A stretch of DNA of 64,000 nt, from the NCBI RefSeq assembly GCF_011745625.1, contig NW_027191456.1, forward strand, positions 496,001 to 560,000. The letters are read 5' to 3'. Position numbers and translations under genes: made by a program. Below the pieces are notes generated by a model that was not told the DNA's origin, ran no database searches, and was given only the letters and a program-made list of their open reading frames with translations. This document shows positions 47,029 to 57,574 of this stretch, piece by piece. Numbering within the stretch: position 1 is the first letter of the stretch; each line of letters begins with the position of its first letter. The stretch is from Cladosporium halotolerans (taxonomy: Eukaryota).

Positions 47029-49152
47029 ATGGAGTCACCATCGATACAGATCACACAGCCTATCGAGGACAGCGCATTCGACGTCGACGGCCCACCTTCG
47101 TCGCCCTTCCAGAGCGAGGTCGACGCCAGCAGCCGCAGTCCCAGTAAACAATACAGGCCGTCTCTGAGCAGCGTTGCGTTGGAGTCCATCGACGAGGATG
47201 CCGCAGCGCAACCAAAAGCCGAGTCGCCTGACAAGGCATCCGTGATCGATTTCACGGACTTCATGGACGACAAAGAGAACGTACCGCAAGAGGAGGCCAC
47301 TGCGACAAAGATTAGCATATCACCGAAGAAGACGGAAAGTCCGGGGTCAGTCAAGACGACCAGATCTTCGAAGTCGCCTGCAAAATCAGTGGTCGAGGAA
47401 AGCATTATGGAGCAGCGGAGAGGCAGCGCGGACTCAGATCGCATGCCGCCTCCGCCCTCAATCCGCAAGACACCGAAGAAAACACCTCTCCAGGCCCTGC
47501 GTAGCGGCGAAAGCCCAACACCACGCACAGCCACGCGCGGTAAATCTTTCGAACGAGCCAGTCCGACTCCACGCAGGACACCTTCGGGATTCCAGGCTGG
47601 TCTGGACCTTCGGGCTTCTACCTTCCAAGGCGGCGATGTTACCAACGTTGACGACACATGCTTCAGCACCTTCTCCGAGATCCCCGAAATGACCATCTTC
47701 GCAAAACTCGGCCAGAGCCCCACGAAGCGCGGCGACATGACGCGCACGCCGGGCCGCGATACCGCACCCACACCTGCGACCTCTCGCAAGCGACAGTCCA
47801 GTTCAAGGTCGCCGTCTCCCACTCCGCGCCGACGTAGAACGCCAGACAAGGTTTCGGACGACACGACGAACTTGCTCCTCGACTTCACACAACAGATCGA
47901 AGGCATCTCTCGGCCAAACGCCTCCGTTTCGCCCAGCAAGACCGAGCCAAATCTTCTCCGCCATCTGAACAGCCAGCGCTCGCCTCATAAGTCGAGGCAC
48001 AGCATTGCAACGCCAGCGAAGCAGAGCAACCTTCTCAACTTGCTTGATTTCGAGCTCCCGCCTGCGCCTACGCCGCGCTCTATTCCGACTATCACCGTCA
48101 GAGAGCTGGAGACTCTGAAGTCTTCGTACCTATCGCAGATCTCAAGCCTCAAAGCAACTCTCAGCGGTCGCGAAGCGGAGGTCGAGAGTTTGAAGCGCGC
48201 GGTCAATGATGCTGAGAGGCGCGTTGGTGAGGCACAAGAGGAGTTGCGGGAAGAGAAGGACGCTCGGGTACACGCCGAGCAAGAGAAGGCTGGCTGGGAG
48301 AAGCGAGGGCAGGAAGTGGAGTTGGTCTTGAAGAGCGTGAAAGAGGAGGTCATCAAAGGCGAGGTGGAGAAAGAGGAGCTCGTTCGCAAAGTCGAGGATA
48401 CAGAGCGCAGGATCGAGGCCGCAGAGGCCAGAGCCGTCAAGGCGGAAGAGCGCTTTGCTGATGCGCTTGCTGCGCGCGCTGATCCCGGCGATGGCAGCAC
48501 ATCCGCCACGGAGGAGCAGGTCCAGAAACTTGTGACAGCGCAAATTGACTCGAAGATCGAGGCCGTCAGCCGAGAGCTGCACGCTGTGTACAAGGAGAAG
48601 CACGAGCGGAAGGTGGCGACATTGAAGAAGAGCTACGAGGCAAGAGGCGAGAAGCGATGCGCTGAGCTGCAGAACCGTTTGGACGCAATGCAGAAAGAGA
48701 ACGAGGAGCTGCACGCGTCCAAGGACGCGACATTCTCGGGCCCCGTCACTGGCATCAGCAGCGAAGAGACCGCGGCCATGAAAGCCGAGATGGAGGAGCA
48801 GAAGGCGCACCTCGCCCGTCTCGAGAACGAGATCCGCACATCTCAGCAGCAACAGGCACAGCTGGTGCACGATCTTGAGAAGGAGCGCATTGAGAAGGGT
48901 GATCTGGTGGCCGCTGTCGACGAGATGCTTGCTTTGCAGTCTGAGGCAGGCCCCTCGCAGACACCAGGCGCGATGAGCGTGGTGGAGGATTTCAGGAAGA
49001 GCATCTCCAAGCCTTCAGGCCTCAAGCCTCCCACAGCCGGAGAGAGTAGGATCGGACGGGGTGTGCCGACCCCATCAAGGGGTGGCAGTGGCAAGAGCAG
49101 GATGTTGGCGAACATTGAGAGAATGGGCCGGACCACCAGCCAAGGGGAGTAA
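47029..49152 (+). CDS. Coiled-coil spindle/kinetochore protein with a fungal TACC (Slk19/Alp7-like) domain
   Basis: 707-aa intronless ORF. S/T-P-rich disordered N-half, long coiled coil, and IEAVSRELHAVYKEKHERKVATLKKSYE motif. Confidence 0.72.
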   Translation: MESPSIQITQPIEDSAFDVDGPPSSPFQSEVDASSRSPSKQYRPSLSSVALESIDEDAAAQPKAESPDKASVIDFTDFMDDKENVPQEEATATKISISPKKTESPGSVKTTRSSKSPAKSVVEESIMEQRRGSADSDRMPPPPSIRKTPKKTPLQALRSGESPTPRTATRGKSFERASPTPRRTPSGFQAGLDLRASTFQGGDVTNVDDTCFSTFSEIPEMTIFAKLGQSPTKRGDMTRTPGRDTAPTPATSRKRQSSSRSPSPTPRRRRTPDKVSDDTTNLLLDFTQQIEGISRPNASVSPSKTEPNLLRHLNSQRSPHKSRHSIATPAKQSNLLNLLDFELPPAPTPRSIPTITVRELETLKSSYLSQISSLKATLSGREAEVESLKRAVNDAERRVGEAQEELREEKDARVHAEQEKAGWEKRGQEVELVLKSVKEEVIKGEVEKEELVRKVEDTERRIEAAEARAVKAEERFADALAARADPGDGSTSATEEQVQKLVTAQIDSKIEAVSRELHAVYKEKHERKVATLKKSYEARGEKRCAELQNRLDAMQKENEELHASKDATFSGPVTGISSEETAAMKAEMEEQKAHLARLENEIRTSQQQQAQLVHDLEKERIEKGDLVAAVDEMLALQSEAGPSQTPGAMSVVEDFRKSISKPSGLKPPTAGESRIGRGVPTPSRGGSGKSRMLANIERMGRTTSQGE

Positions 49153-49545
49153 GCGGTGGATCTTTCAAATCATTCTCTTCATTCGTTACGCTGTTGTAGG
49201 AGTATTCGTAAGGTCATGGCAGGGATACACGGATGGCGCTGAGGGCTGTTTTGAAGGATTTCGTAGTCTGGGTCAAGGAGCACCATATAGCGGCTCGCTT
49301 TCGTATCTGTTCGTGAATCAGCCTGATTACAGCACTCTGATCGTTGACGGCAAAATTAATTGATTTCATCCATCTTGCCATCACATCGCCAAAGAGTTGC
49401 AAGTAAGGATGTACAACCATGCGCGAGAATCTGCCGAGGATCTGCCGCCGATTTGCGGAGCGCGAATCTCAAACCCCCGAGACGAATGTACGGCACGCGA
49501 GAGAACATCGGATGGGCACATTTCTGCCGACGACCACATCACATA

Positions 49546-51036
49546 ATGCCGCGCCTTCCCATATCAGAGCAGGCCCTGCGCCTCGCTCTCACCCGACCAT
49601 CGACATTCGCGCAATCGAATTACGTCTGCCGGACATGCATTCGACAATACCACCCCACGCCGGTCCTCCGCGCCGAACTGCCTTTCTGGAAGCGCCTTCA
49701 GCACTCGATCTTCGGTTCGCCTGAGCAGAAGGTTGCGACGGAGAAGCGCGAAGAGGCACACCAGAAGCACATCCAGGAGCTGGCTGACAAGGGCGGCACG
49801 GAGATGCAGCCGTATACCGACAATGAGGGACGGAAGTGGCAGATTGCGGCAGTGGTGGATCCCAGCATCAACAAGCAATACGTGCAGGCGCAGAGATGGG
49901 ACGGTCTGCAGTGGATAGGTACCAAGGAGTGGGTTGCGCTCAACAATGATGGCAAAGAGGCTTATGTCGGGTAAGTGGACATGAAAGATCAAAGCTCTGG
50001 ATATGCGCACGGCAAGGGAATTGAAGGGCTGACAGAGAGCGCGCAGGTTCAACCCGAGGAGGAAGCTGGATCTCACCAACGCGCAGTGGAATCGTTTGCT
50101 CCACCATGTGGCTGTGGAGGTCTTAACCCTTGCCCAGGCAGGCAGAGATGTTAATGCCGTACACCTTGAGCGACCGCTCAACGTTGAGGAATGGATGCGT
50201 TCAGCTCGTGTGCAAATCAAGGAAACAAATGGTGTCATCGAGCTCCAATTCCCCACGGAGGACACTCAAGAATTGATCGTCAACGCAGTGCCCCAGAGTC
50301 TGGCTGAGGAAATCATGATCGCCGCGAAGCAAGCTGAGGAAGCGGCTGAGGCGGCAGCAGAGGCTGAGAAGGCTGCCGCAGCAGTAGAGGAGGCTGCTCG
50401 CGCTGATGCGGAAGCCAAGGGAATTCCATATGAGCCCGCAGAAGCCCCCCTCGAGAAAGTGGAAGAAGAGGCGGAAGCAGAGGCAGAAGCAGAGGCCGAG
50501 GAAGAAGTCGAAGCACCTTTCGTCGACAGAAGAAGCGCGAAGGAAATCAGTGCCGCGGAGAAGCTGTACATGCGCCAAATCAGGGATGCTGTGCGAAGGA
50601 GCGCATCTCCTGTCAACAATGAGTGGCTGCGGACCTCGCTGGCGGCCCCCGCTGTCAAACTTGCTGTAAGTGAAGAGATGCGGGCATTTGGAATTTATGA
50701 TCATAATATTGACCTTTGCAGATTCTCAAGCGCGTCACCCAGCTAACTGGTCACCGCCTACCCGATCCTGTCATGACATCCGCCACTTCGATGTCAGACC
50801 TTTACCTCGCATTCAAGATCAAGCCTCAACCCAAGAAGCTCGCAGACGAGAGGCGCATGCACAATCTCAACCTTGACGTCCCCAACATTACTGTGCACCC
50901 TGTGAGGCAGACTCCCATTCACAAGGACAGAGAGGTCGGCAGATGGAAGGTGATTGAACAGGAGCTTATCAACAAGGGTCTGCCCATCACCGGCAGCAGA
51001 TATCAGCATGCAAAGACTACTAGCCCCATCTTTTAA
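49546..51036 (+). CDS. Mitochondrial large ribosomal subunit protein mL50-like; two introns
   Basis: Mitochondrial-type presequence (YVCRTCIRQYH), WDGLQWIG, VKLA|ILKRVTQLTGHRLPD, KPQPKKLA, DREVGRWKVIEQEL..GLP. Confidence 0.78.
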
Positions 51037-51487
51037 AAGCACTGCGGGAACATCTAGATGCATTCTGGCCGTTTTGGAAGGCACAGCCACGGCAGGCTTG
51101 GAGGATGTTGAGGACCATGTAGTGTCGCTTGCCACTGAAACTCATGGCGAGCGTCAGGCGAGTGAGGGCTGTCAGATGCTAGACATGTCGCTCACATGTA
51201 TCACCAATTGTACGTTCACGGTCTGTGTAACATGTTTTTCACTAACAATATGTATTCACCAAAATTTGCTTCGAAGTTTCTATTTGCATCCGTCAGCCTT
51301 CACCGTAGGTATCAACAAACAGCGCATTTCGTGACTAACACGTTGTTACGGACAACAAACCTGTTGATCACCACTCAACCCACTCGTGCCAAACTCCATC
51401 AAATCCACTGGCCGCGACAGTCGAAACTATTCAAAGCGCATTCCTATACGACAGCAGCTCACTCGTGAACCGACTACTCACGCGAAC

Positions 51488-52051
51488 ATGCTGGCCATCC
51501 TTCTGGTCGCTTCTATGGCCATGCTGGCGCTCGCGACGCCCCAAGAGTACCAAGTCACGCGCCCAGGCTCACTCAAACCGATCACCATACCTCTTCTGCA
51601 ACCGCCGTATGTCAAAACCCCAGGCCCTTTGGCGAAAAGAACCGACATGCCAACGGCTACATATGCACTGGCGAAGTCAAGCCCGCTCGTCGCAAACACG
51701 TCAACGACCACTCTGGACCCGGTGACGGTGACCATCACACTTGAAGCAACCACATTTTGCACGGCTCTGCACAACGGCACCGAAGTCCCAAGTGCTACAT
51801 TCTCTAGTGGGCAGACACCGACTACGACAATGGGAGACGCGATGCCCGGGTGCATGTCTGTCTGCGTTGAGCCCAATGAGAATGGAGAGTGCGATGTGAT
51901 TGCTGGTTGTGTGGGAGGGAGTTCGACCGAAAGCCAGAGTTGCCAACAATCGGAGGGAAAGGGGACCAAGGTGGCTGGAGATTTCTCAGAAACACTATTT
52001 GTCTTTCTGGGGCTGATAATTCTGGGTCCAGTCGCGTTTAAGCTTTGGTGA
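51488..52051 (+). CDS. Small Thr-rich secreted protein with a C-terminal hydrophobic tail (GPI- or membrane-anchored)
   Basis: Signal peptide MLAILLVASMAMLALA, KR site, Thr-rich stretch, Cys cluster C-MSV-C..EC..GC..C, terminal LFVFLGLIILGPVAFKLW. Confidence 0.62.
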   Translation: MLAILLVASMAMLALATPQEYQVTRPGSLKPITIPLLQPPYVKTPGPLAKRTDMPTATYALAKSSPLVANTSTTTLDPVTVTITLEATTFCTALHNGTEVPSATFSSGQTPTTTMGDAMPGCMSVCVEPNENGECDVIAGCVGGSSTESQSCQQSEGKGTKVAGDFSETLFVFLGLIILGPVAFKLW

Positions 52052-52653
52052 CGGGACTGGGAATAGCTGTGCAACCAGTGATCTTATGAGCCGCCAAGTA
52101 GTTGCCTAGAAGCAAAGCAGGGAGCTGGCTCTTCCCTTCATCAGAGATGATTGCTCAACGACACCATGGGAAGCCATAAGTAGCAGAATCACAAATCAGA
52201 TTTGAAAGAACAAATGCGAAAGGAACGGTGATTTGTTTCATACCAGATTGGTGACCATGAAGCTGGGCGTGGCGGACATGGCTTAGCCGGAGCCTGTAGC
52301 CGAGAGTAGCACCGATATTGGTGTTTGCCACTTGAAATTATCCTTCGTGAACCCCACGATGTAGCATCTCGCATCGCTGCTTTGTCGGCGTAGGATGATA
52401 GCTTCAGCCTCCTCACTCCCGCCTCAAGCGATCGTGCCGGACCAGAACGTCGTCTGAGCCATGGCCTCACCAAAAGCGCGAGTCGTTCTATCCTCACGAC
52501 TGCCAGTGCTCGGATAAAGGCCCCGACAGATCAATGGCTCATCCTCAAACGGTTCTGACGACCTTCTTCTGTGCCCATTGTCCTGTCTGCCAGCATCCCA
52601 GATTTCGCATTTAGGGTTCCATCCAAATCTCGATTTCTCTATTCTCCAGCTCT

Positions 52654-53055
52654 TCATCCGCCGCCATGCCTCACAGCATACCGCTCCTGAATACCCTTCA
52701 ACATCTCCTCCTTCTTTGCCTTCATCGCTCGTTCCCTGTGTCCCCAGTACCAGTAGCTCAAAGGCGCAGCGCCTGCAAGCAGACCAAGGAAGATCAACAC
52801 AACAGCGTTGGAATCACCACCCTTAGGACCATGGTTACTGAGCGCCGGATGCGAGACTGATGAAGGATGCCTCTCCGCTGGGGTTGCTGCAGGCTGCTGT
52901 GTTTGTGGTGGTTGCGCCGTCCCGTTCGATTGCGGTACCGTAGATTGGTGGCGTCTGGAAAGATGAATTGTTGAAGTCAGAGTAGGTGGTGCTTCGCGTG
53001 CGCGCAGTGATCGTCGCAAGGTGCTCAAGACCAAATTTCGAGCTGTTGGAGACAT
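52654..53055 (-). CDS. Small single-pass protein with a probable mitochondrial presequence
   Basis: Arg/Ser/Leu-rich N-terminus ending RRHQS, TM AVVLIFLGLLAGAAPLSYWYW, then a charged helix HRERAMKAKKEEML. Confidence 0.62.
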   Translation of the reverse strand: MSPTARNLVLSTLRRSLRAREAPPTLTSTIHLSRRHQSTVPQSNGTAQPPQTQQPAATPAERHPSSVSHPALSNHGPKGGDSNAVVLIFLGLLAGAAPLSYWYWGHRERAMKAKKEEMLKGIQERYAVRHGGG

Positions 53056-53443
53056 CGCGGCTAATGTAAAGGTTCGATGGCAGGCGCGTTGGCTATATTG
53101 TGGAAGACGAATGCGAAAGTCGAGTACATGACCTAGCGGTGCTAGTTCTAGATGCCAAAGCCGGACCGAACGCTTGGCGGGTCGCCTTTCAGGGACCCAT
53201 GCTTTCCATTGTTTGTAGAACTACCTTAACGTCCTGGACATTTATTCTCAAGAATTTCAGAAACTTTCAACCCCTATTCAAATATCTGGACTGACAGCTG
53301 ATCCTTACGTAGAAAGCTTCGGGTTTGCGCGTTTGCCGATGTACAGAAGTTGACCTCAGGAAGACTCGTCTTTGAGCACGCGCTACCCGATTACAACAGA
53401 TGACGACCTGAGCGGGAGGCCGGCACCTTCGCATCAGCTCGTC

Positions 53444-54867
53444 TTATTCACCATTGACCGCGTGGTAAAGCCCTTTATCTGGAGGCGGACAACCATACCA
53501 GTCCAGTCCGAGCTTGTCTTCCGGATCTGGGTCCGGCATCTGATAGAAACCATCATATCTCCACCACCTTCGCTTCTCCCAGGTCTCTTCAACGGGTTGC
53601 ATACCCTCATCTTGCAACCGAGACGCGGTGTCAGCAATCTCTTGCCACACTCGAATGATGTTCTCCCCAGCAACTTGAGCCAGCTGTGCCTCGGTTGCTC
53701 CACGTTCAAGGATCGCCTGGAGCAAGCTTGGGAATTTTGAACAATCTTCCAGCCCTGGAATGACTGACGCTATTCCTATGAAACCAATGAGTGTCTGAGC
53801 AATCTGAAGCCAATCATGGCACTTACCATCGAAGTCGGATCCCAAACCAACGTGATCCCATCCGATACGGCCCGCAATATAGAACAGATGGTCTAACAGC
53901 ATGTCGATTGTGGCTTCGGAACGTCGAGGACTGAGATGCTCTGGCACAAATGTAACCATTACGATACCCCTGTTTGCCGGAACGAGATCGAGGACTTCGT
54001 CTGGTACGTTTCTCGGGCAATTGAAAACAGCCTGCGCGTTGCTGTGTGAGAAGATCACCGGAGCAGCTGTGCAAGCCAACGCCTGTTTAGCGGCATCCAC
54101 AGACACATGAGAAAGATCGACCATCATTCCTGTAATGTGTTAGTGCGTCTGACCTTTTGTGTACTGAAGTATTCTGTTCATGGCTTCCGACAGGCACTGA
54201 ACTAACCGATGCGATTCATCTCCTTTACTGCCGCCAGACCAAGTTTCGATAGTCCTCCATGGACGGGCCCCACTTTGGAAGTCGATGAGTCGGCAAATGC
54301 GTTATTCTCAACATGTGTCATGGTACACTGCAATGTCAGCGAGGATCCTCTGAGCGTTTGACAAACCACACATACATATCTGACGCCGAGTTGATGATAA
54401 GCTCGAATGACGCTGATAGAGTTTCCTGCCTGATGGAGGCCCTCAAGCCCAATGGAACATGCGATCTTGTTCGATTGATATGTCGGTCTAACCTCTTCAG
54501 GATCGTAGATGAGCTTGAAATCTTTCGGATACGACTTGATCATTCTGATCGAGAGATCGATCTGCTCAAGCGCGTCTCGACACATGTCGTTGTACTGTGG
54601 CAACTCGAAGTCTTCCGATCCGCGCAGATGCGGTACACAAATAGACCAGAACTGCAGACCAACCGCGCCCTTTCTCAGCCTGGGTAAATCGGTCATCCCC
54701 CTTTGGAACCCTTTTTCGAGATCAAACTTGGGGTTGTCATGAATCTTGCCCTGGAAGCAGCAACGTGGCTGCTGGGGGAGATCGTTGTGGCCATCGGCGA
54801 GCGGAGTATTGAGCAAAACTCGCTTGACTCGTTCGTCAATGTCCAATGTTTGATATAGTTGCGCCAT
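53444..54867 (-). CDS. Membrane/renal dipeptidase family (peptidase M19, GliJ-like), apparently cytosolic; three introns
   Basis: [63 protein letters not shown]. No signal peptide or TM segment. Confidence 0.92.
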
Positions 54868-55577
54868 GTCGATCTCGATGTTCTTGGAACAGCTCGTCGA
54901 GATGACAATCACGGCAGTGAGATCGAATGATGAAATGAGGTGGGTGGGAGGATTGAACTGTGGTCGCGCATACACATAAAAGCATCGATTGCACGGGTAC
55001 TTTACATAGTATCGTACAGCGGAGCACTACTACTATCCTCGGATACAATGAAGTGATTTCCATCGGTCACTATCAGGCCGGCATTCTGGACTTGCCGTTA
55101 TCTCTCAGTTGCCCGTCAGCCGGAAAACCAGCCCCGCGCACCTCCACAACTTATCTTGGAAAAGTCTGTGGCATTACACAGCTATTCCCTGGACAGCGTC
55201 AAAGTCGCGCGCTCTAGTAGAAACGATAGCAGCTCCGAATTGTCTGTAGACCGCGCAGGGGCTCCTCGAACGTGAACAGTATCATCTTCGACCAAATTTT
55301 CTCAAGCCACCGTACTACTATCCATTCTAGACAGTCCAAAGACAGTTTCCAAGAGAGCGTCCTGGTTCGTAGAGCTACAAACTTTGGATCGACTTTCCCG
55401 GACCTTCGGAATACGTTTCCCGCGCCTGAGAAAGATAGAACGCAGCATTGTGTAACCTCGCTCACGTTACCGTCATGATGACCTTCCATTTATAGGCCGC
55501 GTCCCAAGTTCCTAAGATCATGGAATCTCTTGAATCGCAATCATTAAATCGATCTTTCCGTTTCGCACGCATACACC
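54868..55577. promoter_or_regulatory. Divergent promoter (dipeptidase / dialkylglycine decarboxylase) with clustered GATA sites and a CGG-containing motif
   Basis: HGATAR at 55070, 55098, 55151, 55224 and 55433. CGGAAAACC at 55121-55129. Confidence 0.5.
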
Positions 55578-56945
55578 ATGTCTACCACAGCAACCATCAC
55601 AGACACTACGCCAAAGCTCGATGTCGTCGACACGTTCTGGCCCAGAGCTAACAGATACCTTATGTATACTGGTGTGCCGGCTTCTCCGGTCATAATTACA
55701 AAGGCGCAAGGAACCAAGCTCCAAGATGCTAGCGGGAGACAAATACTGGACTTCACCTCCGGCCAGATGAGCTCTCTGCTTGGCCACTCTCATCCAGAAA
55801 TTGTGGAAGTTGTGTCCAAGTACGTAGGAGAGCTCGATCACCTCATCAGTAACATGATTACCGAGCCCGTCGTGGAGCTGGCGGAAAGACTTGCCCGTCT
55901 CCTTCCTGCGCCTTTGGAGAAGTCCTTCTTCCTCAACACTGGCTCGGAAAGCACTGAGGCTGCCATCAAGATGGCGAAGCTTCATACCGGCAAGTTCGAG
56001 ATCGTAGCTTTCTCCGCAAGCTACCACGGTCTCACCCAAGGCTCAGGATCCGCAACCTATTCTGCGGGCCGCAAGAATGGCGGTCCAACAATGCCGGGTC
56101 AGCTGGCGTTCCCTGCGCCGTATGGTTATCGATCCCCCTTCAAGAAAGCCGACGGATCCTACGATTGGGAAACAGAGCTTGAATTCGGATGGTCTATGAT
56201 CGACAGGCAAAGTGTGGGCTCTCTGGCTGCATTCATCATGGAGCCCATACTTTCAACCGGTGGTATTCTTGAGCCTCCCAAAGGCTACCTTCCCCGAATG
56301 GCAGCAGAGTGCAAGAAGCGAGGCATGCTTCTGATCATGGACGAGGCGCAGACCGGCGTCGGTCGTACGGGCGAGATGTTTGCCTTCGAAAATGAAGGAG
56401 TTGTGCCCGACATCCTAGCGCTGTCGAAGACCCTTGGATGCGGTCTTCCTCTGGCTTCGGTCACGACAACAGCGGAGATCGAAAACGGTTGCAAAGAGGC
56501 AGGGTTTCTTTGGCTTACCACTCATCTCAATGATCCTCTCACTGCCGCAGTTGGAGCCAAGGTTTTGGAGATCGTCGAGCGCGACAATTATTGCCAGAAG
56601 GCTGCCGATCGGGGTAGACAACTGCGCGCAGGCCTCGAGAAGCTCCAGAATAAATATTGGTGCATCGGTGATATTCGCGGCAGGGGCCTTTTGCAAGGCA
56701 TTGAGATCATTGCCGACAGCGCGACAAAGGCGCCAGGCTCGGATCTTGGTCAAGCTGTCTCTGAGGCGGCCATGAGGAACGGCCTCTCCTGCAACATTGT
56801 CAATCTTCCGGGTATGGGTGGGGTGTTTAGATTGGCGCCTCCGGTCACGGTCACTGAGGAAGAGATCGAGGAAGGGCTTCGCATCTTGGACGAGTCATTC
56901 GCGCAAGTTCTGACAAAGTCAAAACTCATGACCGCAGCTGCTTAG
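55578..56945 (+). CDS. dgdA: 2,2-dialkylglycine decarboxylase (pyruvate), class III PLP aminotransferase; intronless
   Basis: ILDFTSGQMS..LGH.HPEIV, ATYSAGRK, IDRQS.G.LAAFI.EPILS.GGI, DEAQTGVGRTG, LSKTLG (PLP Lys), TTH..DPL, NIV.LPGMGGVFR.APP. These match Burkholderia cepacia DgdA motifs as recalled. Confidence 0.9.
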   Translation: MSTTATITDTTPKLDVVDTFWPRANRYLMYTGVPASPVIITKAQGTKLQDASGRQILDFTSGQMSSLLGHSHPEIVEVVSKYVGELDHLISNMITEPVVELAERLARLLPAPLEKSFFLNTGSESTEAAIKMAKLHTGKFEIVAFSASYHGLTQGSGSATYSAGRKNGGPTMPGQLAFPAPYGYRSPFKKADGSYDWETELEFGWSMIDRQSVGSLAAFIMEPILSTGGILEPPKGYLPRMAAECKKRGMLLIMDEAQTGVGRTGEMFAFENEGVVPDILALSKTLGCGLPLASVTTTAEIENGCKEAGFLWLTTHLNDPLTAAVGAKVLEIVERDNYCQKAADRGRQLRAGLEKLQNKYWCIGDIRGRGLLQGIEIIADSATKAPGSDLGQAVSEAAMRNGLSCNIVNLPGMGGVFRLAPPVTVTEEEIEEGLRILDESFAQVLTKSKLMTAAA

Positions 56946-57574
56946 CTATTCCATAGGTCTTAGATCGGCGGCAACAATTCTGGGAACCGTTTCTCCTTAC
57001 GATTGCCACAAGCACGTAGTAGTACCTCTTTCAATTTTGATTCCATACTTGCTATGCCTTCTAACATCGTATCGCAGCCGTTCGACGCTGTTCATCGCAG
57101 ATTTCTTGTTCATCGCCGTATGTGAGCAGCAGATCATATCATCTTGGATTACTTATGTCACGTTGAAGCTCGAATGAATCATTGAAAATCGGGCCCGGTG
57201 GACCAAAGGGCAAAGTGGAAGATGTTAGCCCGGACCAGAGACCCAATTCATTTGGGCGCCGTCCCATGATTCAGAGCTTCAGTTCTCGGTATATCCCGAC
57301 ACCTTGACGTTGGCACGGACGTTTCTCCAATGAGGCGAATGAGGTAGCAATTTCAAGTCGAGGCAATGATGAAATCGTTTAGAGTATCGCTTCACGAGTT
57401 TCAGATGAGCTACAAGTCATGAACCGCATTCGAAATTGAGGAAGGACTTGTGCTATGAACGCCGCTGACGAACTAATCTCGGAAAGACTGCGAAGTCACG
57501 CCGCTAGCCAACTCCTGTAAGAGAATATTGCACTCCAGGTGACCGGGCTTCCAGAATACTCCGGTACTCACAGC

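Noticed and set aside
53444..54867. GliJ-like dipeptidase as a sign of an epipolythiodioxopiperazine toxin cluster
   Set aside because: No NRPS, glutathione S-transferase, thioredoxin reductase or P450 in the window. The neighbours are catabolic and transport genes.
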